This document shows, piece after piece, positions 1 through 8,737 of a DNA stretch of 64,000 nucleotides; position 1 is the first letter of the stretch; each line of letters opens with the position of its first letter. The notes below the pieces were generated by a model that worked only from the letters and a program-made list of their open reading frames with translations, was not told the DNA's origin and ran no database searches. The DNA is taken from positions 4,438 through 68,437 of the forward strand of contig JACPNG010000005.1 in the NCBI GenBank assembly GCA_016185605.1, read 5' to 3'. Both the position numbers and the translations under genes were made by a program. The DNA comes from Candidatus Woesearchaeota archaeon (lineage in GTDB: Archaea; Nanobdellota; Nanobdellia; SCGC-AAA011-G17; JACPNG01).

Positions 1-1241
1 TCATTTTTTATATCACTATAACAATAATTAGCTATTCCATCATTTATCTGCTTGATTAATTTTGAAGATAACCTATTTCCATTGAAGCCTGGGCATCTTT
101 CCTCATTTATTGTTATATCATCCCTAACACCTAACGGAACTACATCCAAATATTTTAATTCTTTTAGCTCTCCGCCCCATTCTAATCTGTAATTTAAGGT
201 GTTTAGAAGTCCAACTCTTATATCTCTATTCTCTTTTGTCAATGGTTGTTTCCCAACCAATTCAATAGAAGGAGGAATAGGAACCTTGGCTCCAATCTGC
301 TGGGATCTTATTTCACCGTCTCCTTTCCATAAACCACTTTTAACCACATCTAGATTATTTCTTAAGAATAACGGGGCTCCAAATCCATACCTTACTCTCT
401 GTTCTGGGTCAGCTACATATAAATCAAGAATAGTTGTGGCTAAAACATCATAATCTACATTTAATGTTACTTTTTTTCCTGTCCTTAATTTTTGAGTTAT
501 TGTTTTGTCATCACTTTTTTTGTTATCAACAAGAAGGCTTCCTTTAGGAATAGTACATCTTACTTGCAATTGTTGTGTTATTCCTTCTACGCTTCCCTCC
601 ATAATAGTTGAGATACTATTTTTAGCATTCTGGTTTTCTGCTATTAACTCAACTCCAATATCACCTTTATAATCTTCTGCACTACAGCTTATATCTAATT
701 TTAGACTACCTCTTATGTTTTTTATATCAATTATTCCAATTGTTCTAATATCTTCTTCCTCAGTAAAAAATTTCAACTCTGGCTCAAATTTAGTTATTAT
801 AACCCCTCTTTTTTCTGTTGGCTTTTCTGGAACTACTGTTGGATTTGTCCAAGCAAACGCCTCTTCTGGATATTTTATGGCTCTTGGAAGTTCTCTAATA
901 AAAGCATCCTTAATTATAGTATAAGATTGACCAAACTTTGCGCTTACTGATGCTCTGGCAACATCGCAGCTTCCAGATATTACTGGAATAAATGAACAGC
1001 TTAAATATAAAGAGAATATTACAATAAAAAATATTAAAACTACTCCTAACCTTATGCCTTTTCTCTGTCTAATATATGTTTGTTGAGGTTGTTGTGCTGT
1101 TAATTGAACGGGTTGTTGGGCAGGTTGTTTTTCTTCTCTTCTTCTAGGAGGTACCCATGAAGTCCAATACTTCCACCTTTCATTTCTTAATCTATATTCT
1201 GTAAGACGCTCTTGACTATTTTTTCTTCTCCAAAAAGCCAT
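1..1241 (-). CDS. membrane-anchored protein with large extracytoplasmic domain; 3' end runs off the window start; last visible gene of the pilin-like operon
   Basis: Own minus-strand translation from ATG 1241..1239 (MAFWRRKNSQERLTEYRLRNERWKYW...QQPVQLTAQQPQQ) stays open to position 3. Basic/Gln-rich N-terminus, then one TM helix (GVVLIFFIVIFSLYLSC). Absent from the ORF track because no stop lies in the window. Track ORFs 199..453 and 715..924 (+) are antisense to it. Confidence 0.6.
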   Translation of the reverse strand, partial: MAFWRRKNSQERLTEYRLRNERWKYWTSWVPPRRREEKQPAQQPVQLTAQQPQQTYIRQRKGIRLGVVLIFFIVIFSLYLSCSFIPVISGSCDVARASVSAKFGQSYTIIKDAFIRELPRAIKYPEEAFAWTNPTVVPEKPTEKRGVIITKFEPELKFFTEEEDIRTIGIIDIKNIRGSLKLDISCSAEDYKGDIGVELIAENQNAKNSISTIMEGSVEGITQQLQVRCTIPKGSLLVDNKKSDDKTITQKLRTGKKVTLNVDYDVLATTILDLYVADPEQRVRYGFGAPLFLRNNLDVVKSGLWKGDGEIRSQQIGAKVPIPPSIELVGKQPLTKENRDIRVGLLNTLNYRLEWGGELKELKYLDVVPLGVRDDITINEERCPGFNGNRLSSKLIKQINDGIANYCYSDIKN

Positions 1242-1251
1242 ATTTCCCCTT

Positions 1252-2085
1252 TTACATATTTTCCAAATCTGTTTTGAATTTTATTACTAGATTTTCTTGT
1301 GCTAATTGATTATTTTTATTTCTTAATATTTTATAGCTAGTTGTGATTTCAAAATTAATAAAGTTACTCTCCCTATTGATTTTCCATTGAAATCCTCTTT
1401 TGTCTTTTATGCATTCTACAATATTAGAGGTTATATCTCCCTTTGTTAAACAGTCTTTAGAATTCTTTATCTCTTCATATATCTTATCTAGAATATCAAA
1501 ATCAAAATTAATTTTTTCTTTAAAAGAAGAATCCCTTTTATAAGTTCCAATTAGTATCGCTTCTTTATTAGAATCTATTGCTGCTTTTCCTGTAATATAA
1601 TTATTTAATAATCTCTGCTTCTCTACTTCTACTTTATCCTTATCCAAATCAAATAAGAGAAAGTCTGTAGATTCAACAATTAGATTATTTTCCTCAATTT
1701 TATACTTAAAGTTTAGACTTGAGATTTTTTTATTTAGACTTAAGTAAGATTTAAAATATTTATCAAAATAAATCAGAAAGCTTTCTTTACTGGGTTTACA
1801 ATCCTTGCTCCAGATAAAATATTTATCTTTTATACATTTTTTTTGGTTTAAGCCCCCATTTTGTCCAAATTCTAACAAGGCATTATTAATGGAATTTCTA
1901 GCACTTTGTATTATATATTGTCTGGAAAACTCTCCTTTTTCATAAGCATTTATCAGCTTCAATTGATTCTTTCCAGCTACCTTGGTAAAAGAAGAGTTTT
2001 TAGTAGAAACTAAAAAAATTGTAGTTACTATAAGAACCAACGCCAACACTGCCATAATTGGGCCAAAAATCCCTTTTTTATCCAC
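1252..2085 (-). CDS. pilin-like protein (class III signal peptide)
   Basis: N-terminus MDKKG/IFGPIMAVLALVLIVTTIFLV: short charged leader ending in Gly, then a hydrophobic helix. Same MDKKG leader as 4022..4444 and 6145..6981. 1-nt gap to the upstream gene. Confidence 0.65.
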   Translation of the reverse strand: MDKKGIFGPIMAVLALVLIVTTIFLVSTKNSSFTKVAGKNQLKLINAYEKGEFSRQYIIQSARNSINNALLEFGQNGGLNQKKCIKDKYFIWSKDCKPSKESFLIYFDKYFKSYLSLNKKISSLNFKYKIEENNLIVESTDFLLFDLDKDKVEVEKQRLLNNYITGKAAIDSNKEAILIGTYKRDSSFKEKINFDFDILDKIYEEIKNSKDCLTKGDITSNIVECIKDKRGFQWKINRESNFINFEITTSYKILRNKNNQLAQENLVIKFKTDLENM

Positions 2086-2086
2086 T

Positions 2087-2680
2087 TTATATCCCCTTAT
2101 ATAAATTAAACTCTATTGTTATTATATTATTCTCATAATCTGGCAAGATTATACTATTTGAGAATCTAGTTTTAAAATCTCTATTCCCAGTGAATCCTAA
2201 TATTTCGGGATTGCCTTCTTTATCAAGAACAATTATGTCTCCGGTTCCACCATCAATTATCGGAGAGACAATTACTTGGTCGGATTTGCTTTTTATAGAT
2301 AAATCTTTATCCTTAGAAATTATTTTTAAATTCCAGAAACATATATTGTCAGGATCTTTTATCAACAACTGTTTATCAAACTTGCATATAAATGACATCA
2401 ACTCATTAATTTTCAGCTTTATTTTAGGCTCATCATTTTTGTTTAATAATATGAACTCATATAAATTTAAATTGTCTACTCGCGTATTCAACAGATTTTT
2501 TAATGTTATGCCTGAATCACTAACAACCTTCTCAGAGGTTATAACATGTTTAATCTCTTTTATATTTACATAAGCAACCTCTTTAGGTATCAGAAGATTA
2601 AATATAATCAATATCGCAATTACAGTCAATATAGAGAAAAAATCCATTATGAAAGTTCCAACTATCATTGACTTTTTCAT
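2087..2680 (-). CDS. pilin-like protein (class III signal peptide)
   Basis: N-terminus MKKSMIVG/TFIMDFFSILTVIAILIIFNLL. 4-nt overlap with the upstream gene (2677..2680), operon-like packing. Confidence 0.6.
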   Translation of the reverse strand: MKKSMIVGTFIMDFFSILTVIAILIIFNLLIPKEVAYVNIKEIKHVITSEKVVSDSGITLKNLLNTRVDNLNLYEFILLNKNDEPKIKLKINELMSFICKFDKQLLIKDPDNICFWNLKIISKDKDLSIKSKSDQVIVSPIIDGGTGDIIVLDKEGNPEILGFTGNRDFKTRFSNSIILPDYENNIITIEFNLYKGI

Positions 2681-3141
2681 CTTATGATTACCCCGATATT
2701 TAACATATCAAAATCTCTAAATCCATTACTTTCTATTAATACATATTGTTTATTATTAAAAAAACATCTTTTCTTTTTATTTTGTATTTGACATAGATTA
2801 TATTCCTCATCATAAAACTTTGTATTAGAGATTGTCCTGTTTAGCTTTTCTAGGCTCAACTTAACCGGATACTCTGTATTCAAACAATTTTTTAACCTAA
2901 ATTCATTAAATTTGTTTAAGTCAATTACTCCTGGTTCAACACTAATATCTTTTAGAGCAAAACAACTAGAAGAGTAGTATGTTCTCCTAATCATTAAGTC
3001 AGCTATAGTACTACTAACATTAAAGTCTTCTGTTATAGAGAAGTTCACAACAGCATAAATGGCAGCTAATATAAGAACCGTCAATAATATTTTAACCAAC
3101 CATGATACTATCTCTCCCGTCAATTGAGCATTCTTTTTCAT
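2677..3141 (-). CDS. pilin-like protein (class III signal peptide)
   Basis: N-terminus MKKNAQLTG/EIVSWLVKILLTVLILAAIYAV. 4-nt overlaps on both sides. Confidence 0.6.
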   Translation of the reverse strand: MKKNAQLTGEIVSWLVKILLTVLILAAIYAVVNFSITEDFNVSSTIADLMIRRTYYSSSCFALKDISVEPGVIDLNKFNEFRLKNCLNTEYPVKLSLEKLNRTISNTKFYDEEYNLCQIQNKKKRCFFNNKQYVLIESNGFRDFDMLNIGVIIR

Positions 3142-3482
3142 GATATTGTATTACTTATAGCTAAATTGCCTTTATAATCTTTAATTATTAAATCCTTATT
3201 AAGGTCAGAGATATAAGGAAATGATAATTTATTACTCTTTATTGCATTTTTTTCTATATTTATTTCCCTATCTCCGTAATTATAATTTAGATTTAGTATT
3301 CCGGGTGATAATATGGCTGTATCTCTAGTTAGTGAGGCATCAATTAATATGAATTTATCATCCATCTTTGATGCTTCTACCTTATTAGTTATGCCATTAT
3401 ATACAATTATAAAAAATATAAAAGCTAAAACAACATATGCTAATGTCAGAATCTCTTGACCCTCTATATTTCCTTTACTCAT
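3138..3482 (-). CDS. pilin-like protein (class III signal peptide)
   Basis: N-terminus MSKGNIEG/QEILTLAYVVLAFIFFIIVY. Gln at +1 as described for EppA-type archaeal pilins. Confidence 0.6.
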   Translation of the reverse strand: MSKGNIEGQEILTLAYVVLAFIFFIIVYNGITNKVEASKMDDKFILIDASLTRDTAILSPGILNLNYNYGDREINIEKNAIKSNKLSFPYISDLNKDLIIKDYKGNLAISNTIS

Positions 3483-3504
3483 CTAGATTATATTATTATA
3501 CTGT

Positions 3505-3987
3505 TTATTTTTGTTTTGGTTCTATAGAAACCCCATCTTTATCATACTTAATAGTTAAAAAGTTTACAGTATCATCTACTCCCTGAATTTTGTCTGATTT
3601 TTTTAGTCTTTTGTTTAATATTCTACATTCTAATATCTCATTACAATTGCTATCCTTACATAAACATAAACAGCTTTTTGCATTACATTGGCTTCTTTTT
3701 TTTATATTGACTAATGCATCACTAGGATTCGAATAAAAAATAAAATAACCAGATTTTAATCTATATGGTAAATCTGTATTTATTTCTCCCTCTTTTAGTT
3801 TATTTATCTCATCTGCTATGAATTTAAATGATGTAAAAGTCTGTTGATCTATTTCTCCAGCCTCTGCAGTTGATCCATATAATAAATCAAAAGAATTACT
3901 CAAAATAATGAGCAGTATAATAGAAGCTAGAACTCCTACAACAAGCCAAGGCAATTCTCCCCATAATGCCTTCTTTTTTATGGTCAT
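3505..3987 (-). CDS. pilin-like protein with Cys-rich C-terminal half
   Basis: N-terminus MTIKKKALWG/ELPWLVVGVLASIILLIILS. C-terminal Cys cluster CNAKSCLCLCKDSNCNEILEC. Confidence 0.6.
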   Translation of the reverse strand: MTIKKKALWGELPWLVVGVLASIILLIILSNSFDLLYGSTAEAGEIDQQTFTSFKFIADEINKLKEGEINTDLPYRLKSGYFIFYSNPSDALVNIKKRSQCNAKSCLCLCKDSNCNEILECRILNKRLKKSDKIQGVDDTVNFLTIKYDKDGVSIEPKQK

Positions 3988-4021
3988 GCCATTATAAATT
4001 TGGAGAAGTAATTAAATGTTT

Positions 4022-4444
4022 TTATTGACTTGAACATTTTATCTCTGGACAATTAACATTTAAACTTCTTAAAGATCCATATTCATATATTAGGGGTAAT
4101 TTTTGTGTATTTACATTGCTTATGTCACCACATACATAAGCATTAACATACTTATCAACTATCTTAGTCGTTTCTCCTTCTATAGCAAAGGCATAACTAC
4201 AATAGGACGAAGAAGGCTGAAGATTTTTTGGTAATAATTTTGCTTGCTCACAGAATTGCTCACAAGTTTGTACTGCCAAGACTACATCTGTTCCTGCTGT
4301 TGATGAAAAAAATATAGATTTTATTCTGTCTGTTAATCCTTTAAATCCCCCTAAGAAGAATACTACAACAACGACTAAAACTAAAATAACTAAAACAGCT
4401 ATTATAATTGTATTAAGAGTTAAATCTACACCTTTTTTGTCCAT
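4022..4444 (-). CDS. pilin-like protein (class III signal peptide)
   Basis: Track ORF starts at 4456 (MPKSM...). The internal ATG at 4444 gives MDKKG/VDLTLNTIIIAVLVILVLVVVVV, matching the leader of two paralogs. Several Cys in the globular part. Confidence 0.65.
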   Translation of the reverse strand: MDKKGVDLTLNTIIIAVLVILVLVVVVVFFLGGFKGLTDRIKSIFFSSTAGTDVVLAVQTCEQFCEQAKLLPKNLQPSSSYCSYAFAIEGETTKIVDKYVNAYVCGDISNVNTQKLPLIYEYGSLRSLNVNCPEIKCSSQ

Positions 4445-4495
4445 ACTTTTAGGCATATATTATTTAATTACCATGTATATATAAATATTACTAAA

Positions 4496-5830
4496 TTACC
4501 CCCTACATTTTTTAGCAGAATTATCCCAAGCACAATTTAAACCACATGGTTTTGAATTGCATATTTCGGGAGATGATATAGAACTACAACTTTTGCTTAT
4601 ATATTGAAGGCCAAACCATTTCTTATCCAAAGATAAGCATGAAGAACACCCTTCGAATATATTATTGCCAAACCAACGATATTCTTTAGTTATAATTGGG
4701 ATGCATATTTGTGTATTTATAGAATCCCCGCATAACTTCTCATCAAATCTATCGCATGATTTCTCAATCTTCTCTTTAATAATTTTCTTTTCTTGATTAT
4801 TTAGATAAGTAGGATTACTAAGTAAATCAAAATAATTTTTATATAGTCCTACTTGTTTTTCTCCACACAAGTCTGCTGTTTTTTGACTTGCGACTAAATT
4901 TAATGGTTTTTTCTTATCAATTTCTCCATTTTCTTTGTTAACAGAAAATGTATTTTTATAGTCATTATTATTATAATATTTTTCCATAGATTTGGATAAC
5001 GATAAACAATCATTTTGACCAGTTAGAAAATCAATTTCAAATTGAATAAAATTTTTATAAGAATTGACTTTGATAGCTAAATCTCCTGATAATCTCTTTT
5101 TGAGTAATTCATGATTTTTAAGGGCTTCATAATTAGGTTTAGTTCCAGCTAAGCCTAACCTTTTAATGAAATCGTCAAAATTCGGCTTAAATTCATCTAT
5201 TTCTTTTTTTTGAGTTTGTATTAAACTAAATTTCTCGGCAATTTTATCTTTAGGTTCTTCTCCCAATATTTTGGTTAATGCACTTTTGAGGTTATCACAA
5301 TTTTGTATGCATTTTGAAGCATCAATGCTTAATAATGCATCGAGAATCTTTGATTTACTTAGAATAGTTAGAGTATTAGCATTATCAAACTCCCCCAGTT
5401 GAATATAACACTCTAAAAGTCTCTCACTAAAAGTTATAGAGTATGTCTTCTGAGATGTTGGGTCTAACTTACTCTTGGGGTTTTTAATCTCATTTATGCC
5501 AGTTTTATACTGTGTAATAAGTTTTCTATTTTCATCATTAGTCTTATCTGGACTACATCTATCAAGATTATTTAATGTGTTAATTACAGTCTGGATCTGT
5601 TCTTCTTTACGCATAATTCCAAATTCTTTGCTAATAATCTCCTGAGCTTCTGGGGCTAACAATCCAACTTTCTCTAAAATCCCCTTAATTGGACTAACAG
5701 CTCTTGGCCAATTCTGCCATATAGCTACAATAACAAGAAGAAGCATGATCGCCATAACAATTATAAAAAATAATTGGGTTGTTGTGATATCTCCTTTATT
5801 CTCCATTTTATGTCCTTTCTTTTTTTTCAT
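4496..5830 (-). CDS. large pilin-like protein with Cys-rich C-terminus (candidate adhesin or minor pilin)
   Basis: Track start 5839 is TTG. ATG 5830 gives MKKKKGHKMENKG/DITTTQLFFIIVMAIMLLLVIVAIW. About 400 aa follow, ending in CSSCLSLD...CSSISSPEICNSKPCGLNCAWDNSAKKC. Confidence 0.6.
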   Translation of the reverse strand: MKKKKGHKMENKGDITTTQLFFIIVMAIMLLLVIVAIWQNWPRAVSPIKGILEKVGLLAPEAQEIISKEFGIMRKEEQIQTVINTLNNLDRCSPDKTNDENRKLITQYKTGINEIKNPKSKLDPTSQKTYSITFSERLLECYIQLGEFDNANTLTILSKSKILDALLSIDASKCIQNCDNLKSALTKILGEEPKDKIAEKFSLIQTQKKEIDEFKPNFDDFIKRLGLAGTKPNYEALKNHELLKKRLSGDLAIKVNSYKNFIQFEIDFLTGQNDCLSLSKSMEKYYNNNDYKNTFSVNKENGEIDKKKPLNLVASQKTADLCGEKQVGLYKNYFDLLSNPTYLNNQEKKIIKEKIEKSCDRFDEKLCGDSINTQICIPIITKEYRWFGNNIFEGCSSCLSLDKKWFGLQYISKSCSSISSPEICNSKPCGLNCAWDNSAKKCRG

Positions 5831-5831
5831 A

Positions 5832-5969
5832 TCAACCAATATTTGTTAAATTTAATAAAATCTCTCTTAATTTATTAATGTTAGTAAGAAATATCAAAAT
5901 AAGAATCAGGATTATTAGAACGATTACAGCAGTTACAATCTGTCTAAACTCAAATTCCCCCTTTTTCAT
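5832..5969 (-). CDS. micro-pilin-like ORF, 45 aa (not in ORF track)
   Basis: Own codon-by-codon translation: MKKGEFEFRQIVTAVIVLIILILILIFLTNINKLREILLNLTNIG*. Its ATG overlaps the stop of the upstream micro-ORF (ATGA at 5969..5966). Its stop lies 1 nt before ATG 5830 of the next gene. Confidence 0.5.
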   Translation of the reverse strand: MKKGEFEFRQIVTAVIVLIILILILIFLTNINKLREILLNLTNIG

Positions 5970-6109
5970 ATTAAATTTTCCTTCAATTTTCCAAAAAGAT
6001 CATAAATCCTATCTCTAAAAACAAGTATAAGATAAATTATAATTATTAAGACAACAACCATTATTATCAATTTCGCTAATGTTTCCCAATGAAGTTCTCC
6101 TTTTTTCAT
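5966..6109 (-). CDS. micro-pilin-like ORF, 47 aa (not in ORF track)
   Basis: Own translation: MKKGELHWETLAKLIIMVVVLIIIIYLILVFRDRIYDLFGKLKENLI*. Same MKKGE leader as the neighbouring micro-ORF. Confidence 0.5.
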   Translation of the reverse strand: MKKGELHWETLAKLIIMVVVLIIIIYLILVFRDRIYDLFGKLKENLI

Positions 6110-6144
6110 TTATGATCTAAAACAAACCTATTTAATAAAATTTT

Positions 6145-6981
6145 TTATCCAAAGCTAGTGCATAAATCCTTAACCCCTTGCGCATCTGCGGCTATTATAT
6201 TTGTATTAAATCCTTTACTTTGTGCAAAGGTTCCATAAAATCCAGCAGTCAAGACTGCTAATGTATGTATTTGTGTACCCTTTCCAGGTAACACTAAAAA
6301 TGCAGCAGTCGCAGTTCCAGCCCCTCGAGTAAATTTTCTGATTAGACTCTCTCCTCTATTAACAAAATATACTACAAACAAAGATTTATCTTGCTTAATT
6401 TCAAAATTGCCTATTCCTCTTACCCTATCCTCCAACTTAAGTCTTTCATAGCCTGTTCCGGTTATATAATCCAAATAATTTCTTTTGTCTAATAATGGTC
6501 TGGGTTGTTTACTCCCTAAATAAGAGATCATCTCCTCACTACTTAATATAATATTATCATTAGATCTAATCCTAGAACAGATAAAACATATATTGTTTTT
6601 ATCCCAAAAGTCTATAGGTGATTTTATAGTGCTATAAATATCAAACTTTCCTTCCCCCATTCTACCCCAACAATTTGCCATCTCTTTGGCTATTACTTTC
6701 TTAGCATCTTCCTTGTCTTTTACTAACTTACTATGCATTTTGCAAACTAATGGTACGGAAGTCTCGAATCTTGGAATTATCTCTTCAATAAATGGAATTT
6801 TATCTAAATAAGCATTTCCACCAAAACTTCTAATAACAACGGAAAATAGACAAAAATAATCATCTGCAGTCTCAACAACAATTGGTTTCCATACATAAAC
6901 AATAATTATGATTAAGACTATTAAAACTATTGTAGAATATATTAAATAAACTAAAACATTACTAACTCCCTTTTTATCCAA
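6145..6981 (-). CDS. pilin-like protein (class III signal peptide)
   Basis: TTG start. (M)DKKG/VSNVLVYLIYSTIVLIVLIIIIVYVW. The start overlaps the end of micro-ORF 6974..7084. Confidence 0.6.
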   Translation of the reverse strand: MDKKGVSNVLVYLIYSTIVLIVLIIIIVYVWKPIVVETADDYFCLFSVVIRSFGGNAYLDKIPFIEEIIPRFETSVPLVCKMHSKLVKDKEDAKKVIAKEMANCWGRMGEGKFDIYSTIKSPIDFWDKNNICFICSRIRSNDNIILSSEEMISYLGSKQPRPLLDKRNYLDYITGTGYERLKLEDRVRGIGNFEIKQDKSLFVVYFVNRGESLIRKFTRGAGTATAAFLVLPGKGTQIHTLAVLTAGFYGTFAQSKGFNTNIIAADAQGVKDLCTSFG

Positions 6982-7084
6982 AGCTCTTCACCAATCCAAT
7001 AATTATTCCCAGTAAGACAATGATAAATATTATCAACAATATTAAGATAACAACTATATTAAATCCAGATTCATCCTCATCCAT
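6974..7084 (-). CDS. micro-ORF, 36 aa, leader plus single TM helix (not in ORF track)
   Basis: Own translation: MDEDESGFNIVVILILLIIFIIVLLGIIIGLVKSFG*. First gene of the minus-strand pilin block. An AT-rich TATA-like stretch lies upstream (7100..7120). Confidence 0.4.
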   Translation of the reverse strand: MDEDESGFNIVVILILLIIFIIVLLGIIIGLVKSFG

Positions 7085-7135
7085 AACTAAATTCTAGTTT
7101 ATAAATATTTAAATATTCTTGTAAGATTAGAATAT

Positions 7136-8119
7136 ATGCCTAATTTAGTTGAAAGAGTTAAAAATCATAGTCTAGCTAAGCTTCTTGGAATTCCACTTCT
7201 GTCAACATTTCTGGCATTATCTCCAATCTTTCCAATTCCGGAAGTTAAAGCTGAAACTAAAAGAAAAGATAACCCTGTCTTACTTGTTGATAGAACTGAT
7301 TATACTATAAATAATCACAAAATAATTTCTTACTATCCAACTAACTATCCTGTAAGAAATGAAGAAGAATTAAGAAAAGCTGCAGAAGGCTTTGTAGTAT
7401 TAAACGCCATAAAGAAAAAATTAGAGATTGGAATTCAAATAAATATAGGGGGATATGAAAAAATAATTAATGCAAACGAATTAGATAATAAAATAATCAA
7501 ATTTCAATCAGAGCTGATAGAAAAATCAAGAAATGCTTTCTGGTTAGCTTCAATAGCTGGAAGATTATTCTCCAGTTCCATACTAGATGGAGAGATGGAT
7601 AAATCTTCCATTAATATTGGGGATGTATTAAAAGCTGCTAAATCTATTTCTCGAGATGCAAAACCACATTATCTGAATTTTGCAACCACTTCATTTAACG
7701 AACAAATATTAGAGAGAAGGGAAGGAAATAAACTAATAGAGGATTACGTTAAGGCAAATAATAGGCTAAATCATAAACTGGCTTCTGAGTATAAATCAAA
7801 TGAATGGGCGATAAGTGAGCTTCTTAGCCCTTTAATGAATTTTTATGCTAATTCCTTAAGATATGAATTTATTGCATCAGAATGGACAGATGATATAATT
7901 GCTCCATTAATACAAAAAACAGGAAATTATCCATTAGCTGAATTCACAAAATTAGCATCACAACTAATAAAAAAGAAGGCATTAGATTCAGATCCTTTCA
8001 AGAAACTATCTCAAGATATAAGAATAGAGGTAAAAAACACAAAACACAAAAATGAAATTTTCCAGAAAAGAGTGGATGAAATAGTTGAATTAAACTACTC
8101 TTTTATTAGATCCAGATAG
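7136..8119 (+). CDS. hypothetical secreted or membrane-anchored protein
   Basis: 327-aa ORF with a hydrophobic signal-like N-terminus (LAKLLGIPLLSTFLALSPIFPIPEVKAE). It is the only plus-strand gene inside the pilus locus. No family recognised. Confidence 0.65.
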   Translation: MPNLVERVKNHSLAKLLGIPLLSTFLALSPIFPIPEVKAETKRKDNPVLLVDRTDYTINNHKIISYYPTNYPVRNEEELRKAAEGFVVLNAIKKKLEIGIQINIGGYEKIINANELDNKIIKFQSELIEKSRNAFWLASIAGRLFSSSILDGEMDKSSINIGDVLKAAKSISRDAKPHYLNFATTSFNEQILERREGNKLIEDYVKANNRLNHKLASEYKSNEWAISELLSPLMNFYANSLRYEFIASEWTDDIIAPLIQKTGNYPLAEFTKLASQLIKKKALDSDPFKKLSQDIRIEVKNTKHKNEIFQKRVDEIVELNYSFIRSR

Positions 8120-8177
8120 GGTTACTAAGAAATATCTAGAATATTTATGCAAAGGAAGTTATGATGTTTATTTATAT

Positions 8178-8372
8178 ATGTCTCCAAAATTATTAAAAGT
8201 TCAGCTTTATGAATTGTCTAAAATAGTCAAGAGTTTAAAAATGAGTGATATGGATGATCCAGCTACATTAAAGGCATTTGGTGGGGTTGAAGTATGTAAT
8301 TTTAATAAAACTAGATTAAAAAGATATTGTGGCTCACTTAACATAGAAAAAGAAAGATACTCAACGGAATGA
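8178..8372 (+). CDS. hypothetical small protein, possibly a gene remnant
   Basis: 64-aa ORF. Its frame is already open from 8094, overlapping the end of 7136..8119. An equally long antisense ORF exists (8207..8401). Weak support. Confidence 0.3.
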   Translation: MSPKLLKVQLYELSKIVKSLKMSDMDDPATLKAFGGVEVCNFNKTRLKRYCGSLNIEKERYSTE

Positions 8373-8530
8373 TAATAGAAATTAAAGTTCCCTCTGGACA
8401 ATATTCTGGGCTTAATTAGGCCATATTAGAAAATGGAAGATGGTATATGGGGGATATTTTAGATGTAGATAGGGAAAAGAAAGATATAAGAATTGAGAAT
8501 GTAAAAAATAGAATAAATGCTTATAAATAA

Positions 8531-8737
8531 TTAATATCTTCTGTTGTGCTGGACTATCCCATACAATACAGCCAAAGCCCCTACCCCAATTATAATTAGC
8601 TGATATGTTGGACCAGAGCTTGGAATACTTTTTATCTGCTCTGGGATAAATTCATAATTAACTATTAAAGGCCATAATCCTCCCAAGATAGTCAATAGTC
8701 CGACAAATGTTATCATTAATTTCATTTTAACTACCAC
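8531..8737 (-). CDS. small membrane protein (2 TM)
   Basis: 68 aa with two hydrophobic helices. 11-nt overlap with the upstream gene 8727..9392. Confidence 0.55.
   Translation of the reverse strand: MVVKMKLMITFVGLLTILGGLWPLIVNYEFIPEQIKSIPSSGPTYQLIIIGVGALAVLYGIVQHNRRY

Noticed and set aside
8369-8530. In-frame TAG at 8417..8419 as stop-codon recoding or pyrrolysine
   Set aside because: TAG is used as a normal stop nearby (for example 8117..8119). The fragment is short, lies in a region of broken frames, and no Pyl machinery is evident. A pseudogene or an error is the simpler explanation.
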